Source of the DNA: Octopus bimaculoides
Lineage: Eukaryota
Assembly: GCF_001194135.2 (NCBI RefSeq)
Contig: NC_068985.1
Location: forward strand, 94,052,547 to 94,116,546
Reading direction: 5' to 3'
Length of the DNA: 64,000 nt
The position numbers and the translations under genes are program-made. Under the pieces are notes generated by a model. That model did not search any database, was not told the DNA's origin, and saw nothing but the letters and a program-made list of their open reading frames with translations. Within the stretch, counting starts at the first letter, position 1; every line of letters starts with the position of its first letter. This document shows, in pieces, positions 1-13,140 of this stretch.

Positions 1-56
<56 letters not shown>
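1..56. repeat. (AG)n microsatellite
   Basis: Direct reading; runs off the window start. Confidence 0.95.
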
Positions 57-60
<4 letters not shown>

Positions 61-181
61 TGTGAGAAAGAAAATGAGAAGGTTGTGGTGTTGGTTGTTG
101 GTGGGGGATGTCATACTGAAATGTTATTCGGAACGCGAGAATAGTAATTGTCTCGTTAAAGCGTAAATTGGACATTGCAAC

Positions 182-192
182 GATGACGATAT

Positions 193-224
<32 letters not shown>

Positions 225-264
225 CTGATGATGATAATGATGATGATGATGATGATGGTGATCG

Positions 265-302
<38 letters not shown>

Positions 303-318
303 GTGGTGATGATGATGG

Positions 319-349
<31 letters not shown>

Positions 350-423
350 ATTGATGAGGATTATAAAGGTGATGATGGTAACTGATAATAATATTAATAA
401 CAGCAACAACAGTAATGATGGTT

Positions 424-488
<65 letters not shown>
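182..488. repeat. Compound trinucleotide microsatellite (ATG)n grading into (AAT)n
   Basis: Direct reading; source of the poly-Met, poly-His and poly-Asn ORFs in the track. Confidence 0.95.
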
Positions 489-489
<1 letters not shown>

Positions 490-1099
490 TTGAAAAGAAA
501 GCAAATTTGGTAAGACCGACCAAAGAATGAAGTGATGCCAGAAAAATAGGTTATTGAGAGTAGATCAGAAGAGATTATATAAAGAAAGGAATGGAAAGTG
601 TACAGATGAAAAGTTGATACCAGATAACATTGAAAGTCAAAGGTTTTGGGATTGACATCTGGAGCAAAGACAAGGAGCCTAAGAAGGATGCTGAATGGTT
701 TCAAAATCTGAAACAAACAGTAGTCTGTCGAAAAGAAGAAGAACTAGTTATTTCAGTTAGGGAATTGAAGGGAATCAGCAAAAAATGGGCAACTGGAAAT
801 CCCCAGGACCAGATGGAGTTCAAGGCTACTAGATGAAAAGATTTGGTGAATGTCACACACGAATAGCTGCACAACTCAACACCTTGTTAAATGCTGACCA
901 AGTAACATCAGAGTGGTTGACACTGGGTAAGACAGTGCTGTGCTTGAAAAACAATGAAAAAGGCAATGCAGTAGTGAATTACAAGCCGGTATCTTGCTTA
1001 CCGCCTATGTGGAAATTATCGACTGGAATAGTCGCAGAGTCAATGTACGGACATCTGGAAAAATCTTTCAACAAGAGATATCAGACAGAGAAACAATGA
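489..1099 (+). mobile_element. R4/Dong-type (RLE clade) non-LTR retrotransposon RT fragment, decayed
   Basis: Frame from 785 reads MGNWKSPGPDGVQGY*MKRFGECHTRIAAQLN...EWLTLGKTVLCLK...NYKPVSCLPPMWKLSTGIVAESMYGHL. This matches the SPGPDG / NYRPITCL N-terminal RT motifs. TAG at 830-832 replaces the expected Trp. Confidence 0.85.
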
Positions 1100-1273
1100 A
1101 GCAAATCCACCATCTAGTCATATTCAATACCTTGAAGTGGATTTGGAGACGATTATAGACCTGTATCAGATTGCCATCCAGCCATGGGGGTCAGCCTCTG
1201 ACATGTACTTCGTCCGCTGCGACCACCGGTGTTTCACAGTATGTAATGACAACAAAGATACAATATTCTAGAG

Positions 1274-1589
1274 CAGCGCTTCTTAAACGTTTTTCATTCA
1301 TGACTGCATTTTTCATCACGAGATTTTTCACGACCCCAGGTATTAAATATAAAATAAAACATACAAACAAATACATGAATCATTTATTGTTTTTTTTTTT
1401 TTTTGGTGAACAATATCCATATAAAAGATGTAGTTATATCATTTGTCAAAATAAAAGTTGTTTTACGATTTGTGCTTTTGTGAAATAATACATAGACTTA
1501 AATTCAAGTGGCTGAATTTAATTTTCACTACCCCAGTATTTAGCTTCGCAACCCCAAATGGGGTCGCGACCTATAGTTTAAAAAAGCTG
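1274..1589. mobile_element. hAT (Charlie/Buster-like) MITE, 316 bp
   Basis: Ends CAGCGCTTCTTAAAC / GTTTAAAAAAGCTG form an imperfect TIR. Identical 8-bp TSD TTCTAGAG at 1266-1273 and 1590-1597 fits the NTCTAGAN preference of Charlie/Buster hATs. Confidence 0.85.
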
Positions 1590-2139
1590 TTCTAGAGGTT
1601 TTTAATCAGAAGAGATAAACAACCATATTATGTATCAAGTAATGAACTGAGCTCCATTCACCAAATATGATCTTCTCCGTGAAACACGCATTTGATATTG
1701 AATACTAGCAACATGAATTGCACGACGGCAGACCAGCCCAGAGTACTGGTGCTGCTGCTGATAATATTCTCAATCAGGAGAACACGACTGACCTGACAAC
1801 GCCTTACTGCTGAAAACATTACTTTCTGTTGGAGACGAAAATCGAATACACTTCAGGAGCCTTCAGTCGTTTTCCAAGGGGCCGATAAACGTTCAAGAAG
1901 AGTCTCTTACCGAATCGATGTAGGCTGGGGTCCTAAGCACAGACTGCCTTTTTTTTATTTTTTGAACAAGGCCCGTTGTTGCTATTTTGGGCGAAGCCGT
2001 ATAGCACAACGGGTCAGGTTGTCCTTCATTGATGGATGTACCATGCTTTTGCTCCATATTTTAGGTGTTTGTGTAGTGAGAACAAATACGAACAGACTCT
2101 GTATTTCGCACCATTTTCCCCTGGCGGCATACCACTGCA

Positions 2140-2290
2140 AGTATATGACAGCTGGAGCGACAGAGACCTGTATTTTCAACTAGAGTAACGTGAAGTAGTG
2201 TGCCTTGCTCAAGGACGTAACAAGGTGCTTTGTTTAAGTATTGAACCCATACCGAGTTGAGCATCTTAACTATTAGATCACGCGCCTCTC
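2140..2290 (-). mobile_element. Degenerate CORE-like SINE (second subfamily), head and core
   Basis: Minus strand shows a B-box remnant followed by CCTTGAGCAAGGCAC, resembling the CORE motif CCTTGGGCAAG; similar to the copy at 26572. Confidence 0.5.
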
Positions 2291-2313
2291 ACTGTTTGTG
2301 TCTATCTATATAG

Positions 2314-2351
<38 letters not shown>

Positions 2352-3135
2352 CCATACACACACACACATATGTATATATATATATATANNNNNNNNNNNN
2401 NNNNNNNNNNNNNNNNNNNNNNNNNNNNNNNNNNNNNNNNNNNNNNNNNNNNNNNNNNNATGCGTATCTTTAATTCACAAACATTAGTAAATCGTTATGA
2501 ATCTGGCCATTCACCCTAAGATAAACAAAGACAAACAAAACACAAATGTATAAATATAACTATGTATAATAGCTCCATTGATATCATATAAAAATAAATA
2601 CGGTAATGGCCATTAAAAGATATTTGTTTTATCTCCGAAGGCTTCAATTACAGTCTTTGTTTATTTTAAAATAGAAAGCGTATAAAATGATTCACTTAAG
2701 AGGGTTGCAGTAGAGTATTGTTTAGCTCTGCTCGGTATTTTGCCTTTCTTTTTGTTTTACTCCTGTCCACCTTTATTGTAGGGTCTTTTAATGCATCGCT
2801 TTGCACCTTTCGAGAATCTAGGTTTCGTTCCTCAATTACTAGACGTTTGGGCATAGCGGTTTTGGAGCCGCTTATAAGGCATTCAACCCTAAATTGTTTG
2901 ACATCAGACTTTTTCATATTACTCAATTATTCCCCCTCCCCCTGCTTATATGCTTATATATATATATATACATATGCTTATATATTTTTCTTCGTGTGTA
3001 TAACAGAAGAAATCATTCCTTTCTTTTTTGTCAATCGTTTTGAATTAATTAATTGCAATTGTCAAGTCAGTCTGTTTTCCGCCATCTCTCACTACTTCTA
3101 TCTGTATGTGTACATTTCCACACATGCTTGCACCT

Positions 3136-3189
3136 GTGAGTGTGTGTGCCCGCGCGTGTGTGTGCATGCATGTATGCAAGTGTGTGCGT

Positions 3190-3266
<77 letters not shown>
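3136..3266. repeat. (GT)n microsatellite, imperfect 5' part
   Basis: Direct reading. Confidence 0.95.
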
Positions 3267-3267
<1 letters not shown>

Positions 3268-3299
3268 AAAAAAAACAACTAACTTTGTCACCATGGTGT

Positions 3300-3682
3300 T
3301 ACGAAATACCTACAGAAAAAGGTCCTTAGCCCCGAACCGCATTCCTGCTGACATGATTACTACAGTAGTTGATGACGCTCCAAATTTATCAAAAATGCAA
3401 AAGTGGGAAGGTGAATTTAGGGATGAAAAGATGAGTTTTGAAGATGACACAAGATATGGTCGGCCTGCATCTGGTTTCCTGTAATGTTCACCGCCTAGAA
3501 GGAATGAGTGTCGGTTTCATCCCTTTCGACCAGAAACGATGAGACAATCCATTCTATGGAAACACCACTCCTCACCTCCTTCAAATGAGTCAAAGGTCAT
3601 TGCAACAGCAGGGAAAATGATAGCCTCAGATTTGAGGATGCAAAAAGCATTGTGTTTATTGACTCTCTTCAAATGGTCCATG
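3300..3682 (+). mobile_element. Mariner transposase relic with internal deletion
   Basis: Reads IPADMITTVVDDAPNLSKMQKWEGEFRDEKMSFEDDTRYGRPAS (HTH end with GRP motif). It then jumps to NECRFHPFRPETMRQSILWKHHSSPP...ATAGKMIAS and, after a frameshift, EDAKSIVFIDSLQ (region of the first catalytic Asp). Confidence 0.85.
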
Positions 3683-4665
3683 TATACGTGATTATATTTA
3701 TGTAACACATAATGTGAGATTAATTTGTTTGTATTTAAGACTATATACTGTATAATATTATGATGTATAAATATGCATGTTTGTGCGTGTCTGTGTAATT
3801 GCTTTTATGATAATGTAACTTAATAAAATATTATGTTTTACATTTTTTACGATAAACGAATATATCCAGAATAACTGCATTATCATATTGCCGTCCTTAA
3901 AAACATGTATGAAACAATTTCGTTTAGTTTCATTTCCAGAAGGTATGAGTACTTAATTGAACGTCACAAAATATTTTGAAGAGTTTGCACTGGTTCAAAC
4001 TATTCGTTCTTTTGTATCCCCTATTAGTGTTCAGGAGCAAAGGAGTACCCTAAGCCTTAATAACTTTACTAATTAAATTGGCTCCTCTGATGGCGCATGA
4101 ATAAATCTTTAATGAAATTGCCCAGTGTTAATGTTTGACGATATGGACACAAATATATGATTTATATTCTTCGCGCTAAACTATTATAAATAAGAAAATT
4201 TATTTTGAGATTTCTGATAAATTTACTGGTAGTGAGCAGACATATCTAAAGTGTCTACTTGAAATTCATTCATAGCCACTAATAATAAATAAAAACCAGG
4301 CGTCTGGATATAATTTTATTGATACAGTCTACCGTGTTCTATGGTTGTATAGTTAATATCATTAGTTTAAAAGGACATGATTAGTTGAAAAAAACATTTA
4401 TCCAATTATTCAATTATTATTTAACATGGTTCAATAAAGATTTTTAAAAAAAATATATTAACTCCAACAGTCGCCTGCAATATATTAATCGAACAAGGGA
4501 GAGTGAGAGAGAGAAAGAGAGATAGACGGAAAGACGGACAGAGAACCAAAGTGGTCTCACATATAGAATCGATGTTTATGAGAGACATTGTTTCTTATAT
4601 TGCTTGACAAAATTTTGTAACCTGTCAAAACGTTGCTCCTCAGATACCCAAAGTATTTATATTCT

Positions 4666-4897
4666 TATTTGTTTATTGCCCATAAGGGGCTGAACATAGA
4701 GGGGACAATCAAGGACAGACAAAGGGCTTAAGTCGATCACTTCGACCTCAGTGCGTAACTGGTAGTTAATTTATCGACCCAGAAAGAATGAAAGATAAAG
4801 TCAATCTCGGCGGAATTTGAACTCAGGAGGTAACGGCAGACGAAATACGGCTAAGCATTTCGCCCGGCATGCTAACGTTTCTGCCAGTTCGCCACCT
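4666..4897 (-). mobile_element. Family M tRNA-derived SINE, full length with 21-bp TSD
   Basis: Minus strand has A box TGGCAGAAACG, B box GAGTTCAAATTCC and a Meta-like core. Perfect TSD TACCCAAAGTATTTATATTCT at 4645-4665 and 4898-4918. Confidence 0.9.
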
Positions 4898-5595
4898 TAC
4901 CCAAAGTATTTATATTCTAACTGGTCATTCACCTCCTACGTAACAAGGGATCTTATCATGCATTTTTTAAATTAGAAAACTCCCTTTCTGGGGTGGCTGC
5001 ATCGATGAGGCAACTGAGAGTACGAGAAGGAAATATGCTGAGCTGGTAGTGATTGTATGTAGGTGGAGTGGAGAGAGGTTGCAGGCCATTTCTCCTCTGT
5101 AATGATTACAAGATTACAACATGTTTGGCATCACAGGGACTGGTAGGTGGAAGATCTTCAGACTGGCTGGGAAGTTAGCTGAGCTTTCCTGAAGAAGGCT
5201 GCGGATCAGGTGATGAGGGCCCTTAAATGTGCTAACTGAACACCAGCTGGAACTTCAACAACCCCAACTGGGTCATCTAGGTGAGGCTGTCTAATTCTGA
5301 GATTAGAAATAATAATGGCCCAAGGAAATATTACCGAAGAACTGCCCAGATGCATCGCAAAATAATGTATGGAAAAAAATAAATTTCGTGATTTGCTAAA
5401 TATATCATTTAGTATAAGCGTAAGAATCTGTATATTGTGCTGGGGGCAAGAGGCCTCAATCTTATCATAGATTTTATGCAACTCTTGGCCTAATATGACA
5501 CCTCAAAACTCCCAAAGAGTAAGGCTGCTAATTATGTCATCTTTGGAGACATGAAACACGAAATAATACATCAAATTTATTAACTGAAAAATTGT

Positions 5596-5938
5596 GGTAT
5601 TCCGTCGGTTACGACGACGAGGTCTGCAGTTGATCCAATCAACGGAGCAGACTGCTCGTCAAATTAACGTGTAAATGGAGAAGCACTCCACAGACACGTA
5701 TACCTTTAACGTAGGTCTTGGGGAGTTTCAAGAGAAACAAAGAGAAACAAAGAGTGAGAAAAAGTTGTGGTGAAAGAGTACAGCAGGGTTAGCTACCAAC
5801 CACCACCTGCCGGAGCCTCGTGGAGCTTTAGGTGTGTTCGCTCAATAAACACTCACAACGCCCGGTCTGGGAATCGAAACCGCGATCCCGCGACCGTGAG
5901 TCCGCATCCCTAACCACTGAGCCAATGCGCCTCTACCA
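5596..5938 (-). mobile_element. Family K tRNA-derived SINE with internal deletion
   Basis: Homologous to the copies at 18774 and 58965; A box TGGCTCAGTGG and B box GGTTTCGATTCCC on the minus strand. Confidence 0.9.
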
Positions 5939-7719
5939 TTGAAAGCTGCATCTAATTTGAGATTTGGACATTAAGATATAAAATGACTGCACGTATTCGA
6001 AATCTTGAACCGTGTATCCAACCACGGATGTACCGTTTTTTTTTTATCTACTCGGCAATTTCATATTTTCTATAAATCATTTTCAAGAGAAAAAAATTGT
6101 ACGAAAATAAATAAATAATGTTACCGAAAAGATTTTGTTATGAACAAAAACACAAAGCAATCACGAAAAAGGAGCAAAAAATATGCATGGAATCTCCAGG
6201 ATGGAGGAAAGAAAAGACGTATTCGGCGTGATTAGCTACTTATGTTATTCAATAAATATCTTATCACAGAAATTCATCCCAACCACAAAGATTAGTTAGT
6301 TATGATATAATCTAGTCTGACAGATTGGTATAAGGTATAAATTATCTCTTCTGGCATTTTGATAATGTGGCAATGATTATACTTAGAAACACTTTTTTTA
6401 TTATTTTGTCAATAATTTCCTATCAGGTATTCCAATTTTATTTGTTTCGTTTATCGACTAAACAAAATTCTTATCAATAGATTGACTGACATCGGATTTA
6501 TTTACGATTCAGCACAACAAATGAATATCAACTAAATATTTTCTCACGATTAAGAGTTCAAATTCCGCCTGGACGCACACTACTTGTTATACCATTCTGC
6601 CTGTAAGACCAATATTTTTACGAGTTTCCCTTGTTTAGAGTATTAAGTAATTTGCGTATAATTATAATATTGATGTTTTTTAATTTAGTCACAAGGCCAG
6701 TAAGTCACGTTTTATCTCTTCTGCTAGTTTCTTTAGAACGTTCAGATTTACTCGACCCTGTCTATTATCCTTTAATGAAATCTATATTCAAATGATCCAC
6801 CCACCTTGTGTAGATTTTTCGAAAAAGCTCATCGTTTTAATAGAAGTGTTGTCGTTATTATTGCTATCGGAGCCCTTCTACTGCAACGAATCATAGTATA
6901 GCAGCTGACGATGTTGCTGTCTTTATTCAATTCATTCATATTTATTTTTGTCCTTGGCTGCCTTCTATGTATTTCCCGCCCACATCATGGTGCACAAGAA
7001 CGTCTAACTATTTCAGCCTTAATTGTAGCAGTATCTCTCGTGTTAAAAGCAAGCATAGACTAGTACAAATCTTTCGCTGTTCAGTCGTTAAAATATGTCC
7101 AAATATTTGGTAAGTTTCTGGTAATATTCGCCGGACGTGGGAACACCTACCCTAATTTTTAATGTAGAAATCCATAATGTATCATTTCCGACGCAATTTA
7201 TATAATATCTCGGGACAAAGAAATATCGTTCAGTTTTACAAAATGTTCTTAGTCTATCCTTTTTCCCCTGGGAACTTTTTGAAATCTAGAATTTTCAGGT
7301 TTAACATTTTCACTTACACACCTCACTGTCTTATGTATATATAACGATGTACAGGACAGTACATTGTTTCTGTGAAATAAAACCATACTCTCTTGTACTA
7401 TCCCTTTCAGTTATTTCTCTATCAGGGTTTGTAAGACCTTTCCACTCAGTGACCCTTAATGGGCACCCATTGTCTTGTATGTTATCCTACACCTTTCGCT
7501 GTAAGGCAGTACACCAACGTGTTTATTTTGTCTGTTGTCTTTATATGCATTTGAGCTTCTTTCCAGTCTATTTGATTCTCTTTCAAAAACACTGGTTCAA
7601 TTATTTTTGCAGCTCGTGTAATGAAGCTCATATTTGAAGTGAACTTATTCAATCTGCTTTATATGCAGCTACTGTTCATGATAGAGCTCTCTTGGTAAGG
7701 AATGAGGTGATGCATACAA

Positions 7720-8100
7720 TAGGGGAAAACGAGAGAAAAATATGATTTTGGTTGGTGGTGGAGATGTTACTGGTCAACTGAATAGAGTTGAAGATGGTTT
7801 GTCTGGTCATCAGAGCCGTTCCCGTCGTCGTGGCAATAATGTTAATTTCTCTTTTCTCTCCAATTTTCTTGTCGTCATGCTTGTTGTTGGTCTCGTTGCC
7901 AATGACGCCATCCCTTGAGACGTGCAGCATCGGAATGTTATTTTTGTTAAAAATAATGAATTGAAAACTGTTCTTGCTGGTCTTATTATTTTTATATTTG
8001 CTGTCGTTGGTGATGCTACAGCTGTCGGTGTTATTGTTGTTGCTGGTGCTGTAATTGCGAATTTCTTGTTAGCGTTGTTGTCAGTGATGATGGTGTTACC
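7720..8100. repeat. Degenerate GTT/GGT/GAT low-complexity tract (old microsatellite)
   Basis: Triplet-periodic, biased composition. Confidence 0.5.
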
Positions 8101-8461
8101 AGACATCCAAAAGTTTTATATTAGCAAAATCTGTTTCTCCCTTGCTAACATAATTTTCTAATCAGCCAATAGTTTCAGTGATGGAGCTACTACAACTGTC
8201 AAGGCTGCCTCTTCTCTTTCAAAATCAGCACTGTTATTGACATTTTTATATGAGCTGATTGTCCGCTAACAGCAGCGGACGGGTGAAATACCTGTCTCTG
8301 TTAATTAAAGAAGATATTGAAAGACTGTAAATGCACAGAATGACAAAACAGAACTTCAGTAGAAGTCGTATGCGAGAAAATAATAATTGTAATAACATTA
8401 AAAACGAAAGCAGTAACACGGTGATGAAAAAGAACAATAACAATGATTATAATAAATTCAA

Positions 8462-8497
<36 letters not shown>

Positions 8498-8693
8498 CAT
8501 GATAATAATAATTTCAAATTGTTACCACAAGAGCAGCTTGGGTAGGTGTTCAACTGGTACTTAATTTATCGACCCCGAAATGATGAAAGGCAAAGTCGAC
8601 GTCGATGGAATTAGAACTCAGAACGTAGTAGCAGACGAAATACTGCCAAGCTTTTCGCTCGGCATGCTAACGATTCTGACAGCACGTCGCCTT
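8462..8693 (-). mobile_element. Family M SINE with (ATT)n tail
   Basis: Matches the 4666 copy; plus strand shows ggtacttaatttatcgaccccgaaa-tgatgaaaggcaaagtcgac. Confidence 0.85.
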
Positions 8694-8708
8694 AATAATG
8701 ATGGCTTC

Positions 8709-8889
8709 ACTGTTTGGCACAAGACCAGTGATTGCGAGGAGAGTAGTAAGTCGTCTGCATCGATCTCAGTAACTGACTGCATGATCTTAGGAAGAAAGGT
8801 ATAGTGGACTTCGTTGGTATTTCAATCAAGAACGTAACGAGGCAGAGAAATTCCAATAAGCATCGTGTCCGACGCGCTAATGATTCCGA
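8709..8889 (-). mobile_element. Family M SINE, degenerate, tandem to the previous copy
   Basis: Shares tail (tttggcacaagaccag) and head remnants (gacgcgctaatgattc). Confidence 0.55.
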
Positions 8890-8929
8890 TATACGGCAAC
8901 ATTACTGGTAATAATAGTACTGTAGTTAG

Positions 8930-10070
8930 AGATGCAAAAGAAAAAATAAAACAACAAGAATCTGGGACAGTTACAAGTATCAAAATGTATAAGAGATGCA
9001 ATTAAGCACTCACCAATGAGAGAAGAGATGAGAAAGGAAAGCTATCGTAGAGTAAGAGCTATCCCGGAAACCGAGTTTAGTGCCAAAAACCAAATTGTGG
9101 CAATAGACACATCAGCCATGCATGTAATCACATACAGCTTCAATATTTTTAACTGGTTCATCTCTGGAATTTGCAAAGCTAATATTAAATCCGAAAGCTG
9201 ATGACAATGAATTATATGCAGCACTCAAAAGAAGACACATAACTTTAGAAAAAAGAAGACAGTCGAGGTTAATACAATCACACCTCTCATTGGAAATTGC
9301 ACGCTTGGGACATTCTGCCTACCTGCAAGAAGCAAATGGCTGAATGTTAACGCTGGTTCTAAATGAAGAAACCAGAACATTGCACTTATGACATAGATTC
9401 AGGGTAAACAATAACATAGATTCAGGATGAACCAGTAACCGAAGAATATGTGCTTGCATCTGGAATGGCAAAGCAAAGAAAGAAAATTACGAAAGAAATC
9501 ATCCTTCAATACGCTAAAGAGAACTGGGTACCAAAACCACTGCATGGAAAATAACCGATTGGAACTGGGACCCTGATATAGAACAACTCATTGAGTGGAA
9601 TGAATACTCTGGCATGAATCTGAAAACTACGACTAGAAATTACCACTGTACGGTTCTTAAAGATGGATGGTAGTCTTTCGTGTTGCATACGAAGCGCAAA
9701 TCCAGAGACAAGGCATATGTATCGACAAAATACTTGCAAAGGACAGCTCAGTACAAACAATGGTCAATATACTGCATATGCAATCTTCTTCGCAAAGAGA
9801 ACGAGTGGGAACATAATCCATCACAAGTTGCCAACAGTGAAGATGTTACAAACCTTTGGAAGTTCAGTGTTCTGACTGGTCAAGAAACTGAAGCTACCCA
9901 ATTAGATACCATTGTAAAATATCATGTTGAAAACACGTTATAAACCTGATGTTGCTACTCCTGCGTACAAAACACATCTCTAAAAAGTTTGAGTACTCGA
10001 TCAAATATAAGGACTTGAAGACAGAAATCTGAAGAATGTGGAAAGTCGAAGCAACAACATACTTATCCCC
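8930..10070 (+). mobile_element. R4/Dong-type LINE fragment (post-RT region to RLE end), decayed
   Basis: MREEMRKESYRRVRAIPETEFSAKNQIVAIDTSAMHVITYSFNIFNW; KENWVPKPLHGK; terminal KYKDLKTEI*RMWK. Confidence 0.85.
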
Positions 10071-10191
10071 ACCATATTATATCTTAATCCCTCTCTATGT
10101 AAATAGAATCTTATTCATTGAGAATTATAAATTTTATAAAGAAATTTCTTTGTAACACAGACCTCAGTTTTTCAATTGCATGCCACCTCAC

Positions 10192-10255
10192 CTGTATGCA
10201 TCTTTAGAAGCCAGAACCTGTCTGTAAACGTCCCAGATTAAGGCTTGGGTGCAAC
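10192..10255 (-). CDS. Candidate internal exon, unknown protein
   Basis: Acceptor ttcctttttcgttttctatactttatacag, donor CAG|gtgagg. 64 nt, open in only one frame: CTQALIWDVYRQVLASKDAY. No homology recognised. Confidence 0.35.
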
Positions 10256-10961
10256 CTGTATAAAGTATAGAAAACGAAAAAGGAACTGTAAATTATTCGA
10301 GAATGATTGATGGCTTAACATCCATGCAAGAAGAGGAGAAGTTTATCTTAACTGCTACGTCACACGCATTGAGAAGAGATTCGCCGATAAGCAAATGACT
10401 ACTACTGAGGGAATTTGATTTCGTTTTACTCTTAACTTCATTTCATTTTGAAAATGAAGAACCTGGTGTGTTTTATTTATTGTCCTATCAATGTATACGG
10501 TAAGTCTGCCCTAGGGATCGGGAAGACACTTGGCAAGAAATGGAAACAAAACTGAAAGAAGAAAACCTCATAACAATGTGGATGAAGATGGTGATGATGA
10601 CGAAGATGTTGATGATAATGATTTCACCATTCAAACAAACATCAAGCCAGAACAACAAAACAGACTTGATACAATATTTCCGAAGAGAAATATGAGTCAA
10701 TACCAGATTATTGATTTTGGTTTTCTAGGATAATACAATATATTCTAGAAAGAAATTGAAAAATTAAACGACTGTATTGTCTTCAAGATCGATATTACAG
10801 CTATGTGGTCAATACAACCTACTAATATCAAGAGAATCCCATTTATCGTTGTAGCTTCGGGCTCGATACCAAGGAAACTGAGGAAACGCCAACTTGCGCA
10901 ATTACAACTTGAATTTCTCTTTCTTTATTCGACAGCACACACCCACACACACACAAACACA

Positions 10962-10996
<35 letters not shown>

Positions 10997-11068
10997 GCAG
11001 GCCTATATGCGCATGAATACATAGATACATACAAATGCATAAGCACATTCATATATACAAGTTTATAT

Positions 11069-11250
11069 GCACGAGTGGCTGGTGTGGTAAGTTGCTTGTG
11101 TACCAACCACATAGTTCCGGGTTGCGTCCCACTGCGTGGCCCCTTGGGCGAGTGCCTTCTACTACAGCCTCGGGTCGACCAAAGCCTTGTGAGTAGATTT
11201 GGTAGAGGGGAAACTGATAGAAGGCCGTCGTATATATATATATATATTTA

Positions 11251-11281
<31 letters not shown>

Positions 11282-11333
11282 GCGTGTGTGTGTGCGTGTG
11301 TGTGTGCGTGCGTGCGCACACACACACACACAA
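11069..11333 (+). mobile_element. Family C (CORE-like) SINE 5' half plus internal (TA)n(TG)n
   Basis: ccttgggcgagtgccttctactacagcctcgggtcgaccaaagccttgtgag matches the 53345 copy. Confidence 0.85.
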
Positions 11334-11369
11334 ACAGTTAGACACAAACTGATTAGCAAAAGTACCAGC

Positions 11370-11525
11370 AGCAACACCACCACTTTCAACATCATCAGCA
11401 CCACTACCATTGCTGTTGCTGCTGCTGCTGCGGCTGCTGTTGCTGCTGATGATGATGATGAGGATGATGATGACGATGATGATGACGACGATGACGATAA
11501 CGACGATGAAAGCAGCAGCAGCAAT
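11370..11525. repeat. Compound (CAC/CAG)-(GCT)n-(GAT)n microsatellite
   Basis: Direct reading. Confidence 0.9.
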
Positions 11526-11689
11526 GCAACGTAATGTAAATCTGAGTTTCCCAAGTAAAGTCCATTCATACACCTCTAATCCTGGCGCAGGTACGGCTGT
11601 ATACCAAGAAAGCATATTTTGCAACCACTAGATTTCTGGTCCTATTCAACTGCGCAACCCGTTCAGCAAGCGTAATCTGTTATATTCCA

Positions 11690-11820
11690 GGGTCGACCAA
11701 TGCCAGTACCAGAGTTAAAAGCTAAGTACTGACGTTGATTTGCCCCCAATAAAACCCTGAGATTAATGCCACAGCATGGCAGCAGATCGATGACTGAAAG
11801 AACTGAATAATAAAATACAA
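11690..11820 (+). mobile_element. Degenerate family C SINE 3' end
   Basis: cagcatggcagcag...atgactgaaa...aataaaata resembles the 3' end of the 53345 copy. Confidence 0.4.
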
Positions 11821-12027
11821 AAAGATTCTTATTAATTTTGCACATACAATCCATATTCATTTTCATTTTATGCTTAGGATTGTATATTTTTTAAATTTCT
11901 AACGCATTGCAGCACTTTTCTTCATAAACATTTATATCACGCATACAGCAAACAATTATTTCAGTTGTATGTCACGTACATATTATTTATCATATACATA
12001 CGAGTGTTTTTCTTCCCTTTTGTACAG

Positions 12028-12109
12028 ACCGTTTTTGTTGTATATTGGCAGCTTCGCAGGCGTTTGAAAGCGTTACTAGAGACTTGTTGTCTCTTCTGAT
12101 ATGTCATAG
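12028..12109 (+). CDS. Candidate internal exon, unknown protein
   Basis: Acceptor tttttcttcccttttgtacag, donor TAG|gtaacg. 82 nt, one open frame: RFCCILAASQAFESVTRDLLSLLICH. Confidence 0.3.
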
Positions 12110-12139
12110 GTAACGGCTGGGCGAGCAATTGCAGAAGAT

Positions 12140-12352
<213 letters not shown>

Positions 12353-12362
12353 TGAGAACACT

Positions 12363-12616
12363 ACAGATTTCTCTGGTCGGTCATACAAACGCTGATCATT
12401 ATAGAAAATCTAAAACTTTAATATCTACAATTTTCTGTGAAAATTCTACCCTTCATTTCGTTCCTTTCCTTTCTCCCTGAATATTCGAGAATGTTAAGGT
12501 CCTTTTTATTGCAAGAACACCACAGTTTTCCTGGGCCGAACATACAAACGAGCAACTTTAGAGAATTTAAAACTTTAATATCAGCAACTTTCTGTGCAAA
12601 GTTTACTCTTCTTTAC
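12363..12616. repeat. Diverged direct repeat, two units of about 95 bp (12363-12457, 12522-12616)
   Basis: Shared blocks catacaaacg, taaaactttaatatc and tttctgtg occur in the same order. Confidence 0.75.
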
Positions 12617-12899
12617 TCTCTGACTATTTGAATATGTAAACATACATTTTATTGCAACAAATTAAACACCCGATAAAAATTAAGGAGGTAAGCACCCACC
12701 AATATATACATGCTGCACAATTGACAAAATTGTAAACCACAGCAAAGCATATAAAAAGAGAACGAAATTTCAAACATCTTCTATAAAAGATATATATATA
12801 TATATAATTATGTCGGATTTTCCGTTTGTTGTCTTTTTATCTAATCCCGAAAAAAAATTATCATTTCTTTATATTATTTTTTTCTATCAGTAATTAAAA

Positions 12900-13140
12900 T
12901 CCAAGGCCAACTTCAGCGCTCTCATAGATTGCTAATTGTGGTTACCACATTTGACCTCTGCTGACCGCAATGTATAACGCTTCTTTTGTCTCCTGATCGA
13001 ACAGGAATACGAAGCCTCATTGTTGATCTCCCTCTCACCATTTGTCGAACGTATTTACAAACCTGTGGAATTTGGTATATTCACCAAGATGCTTCTCTTC
13101 CTCCTACTATCTTCTCCAGCCCTCACATATTTATGATTAT
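12900..13140 (+). mobile_element. Possible L2/CR1-group LINE 3' remnant
   Basis: Translation FTNLWNLVYSPRCFSSSYYL loosely resembles the LWNSLP..FPSSYDL end of L2-like ORF2. Confidence 0.3.

Noticed and set aside
156-716. Long ORFs rich in poly-His/Met/Ile/Asn (also 11049-11631, 3045-3484 and similar HT/CV/YI repeats)
   Set aside because: They are translations of microsatellites.
2696-2926. 76-aa charged ORF on the minus strand
   Set aside because: No convincing splice sites, no ATG start and no recognisable motif.
5187-5220. CTGAAGAAGGCTG resembling the start of the 52-kb hammerhead
   Set aside because: No GAAA core half follows and stem II is incomplete.
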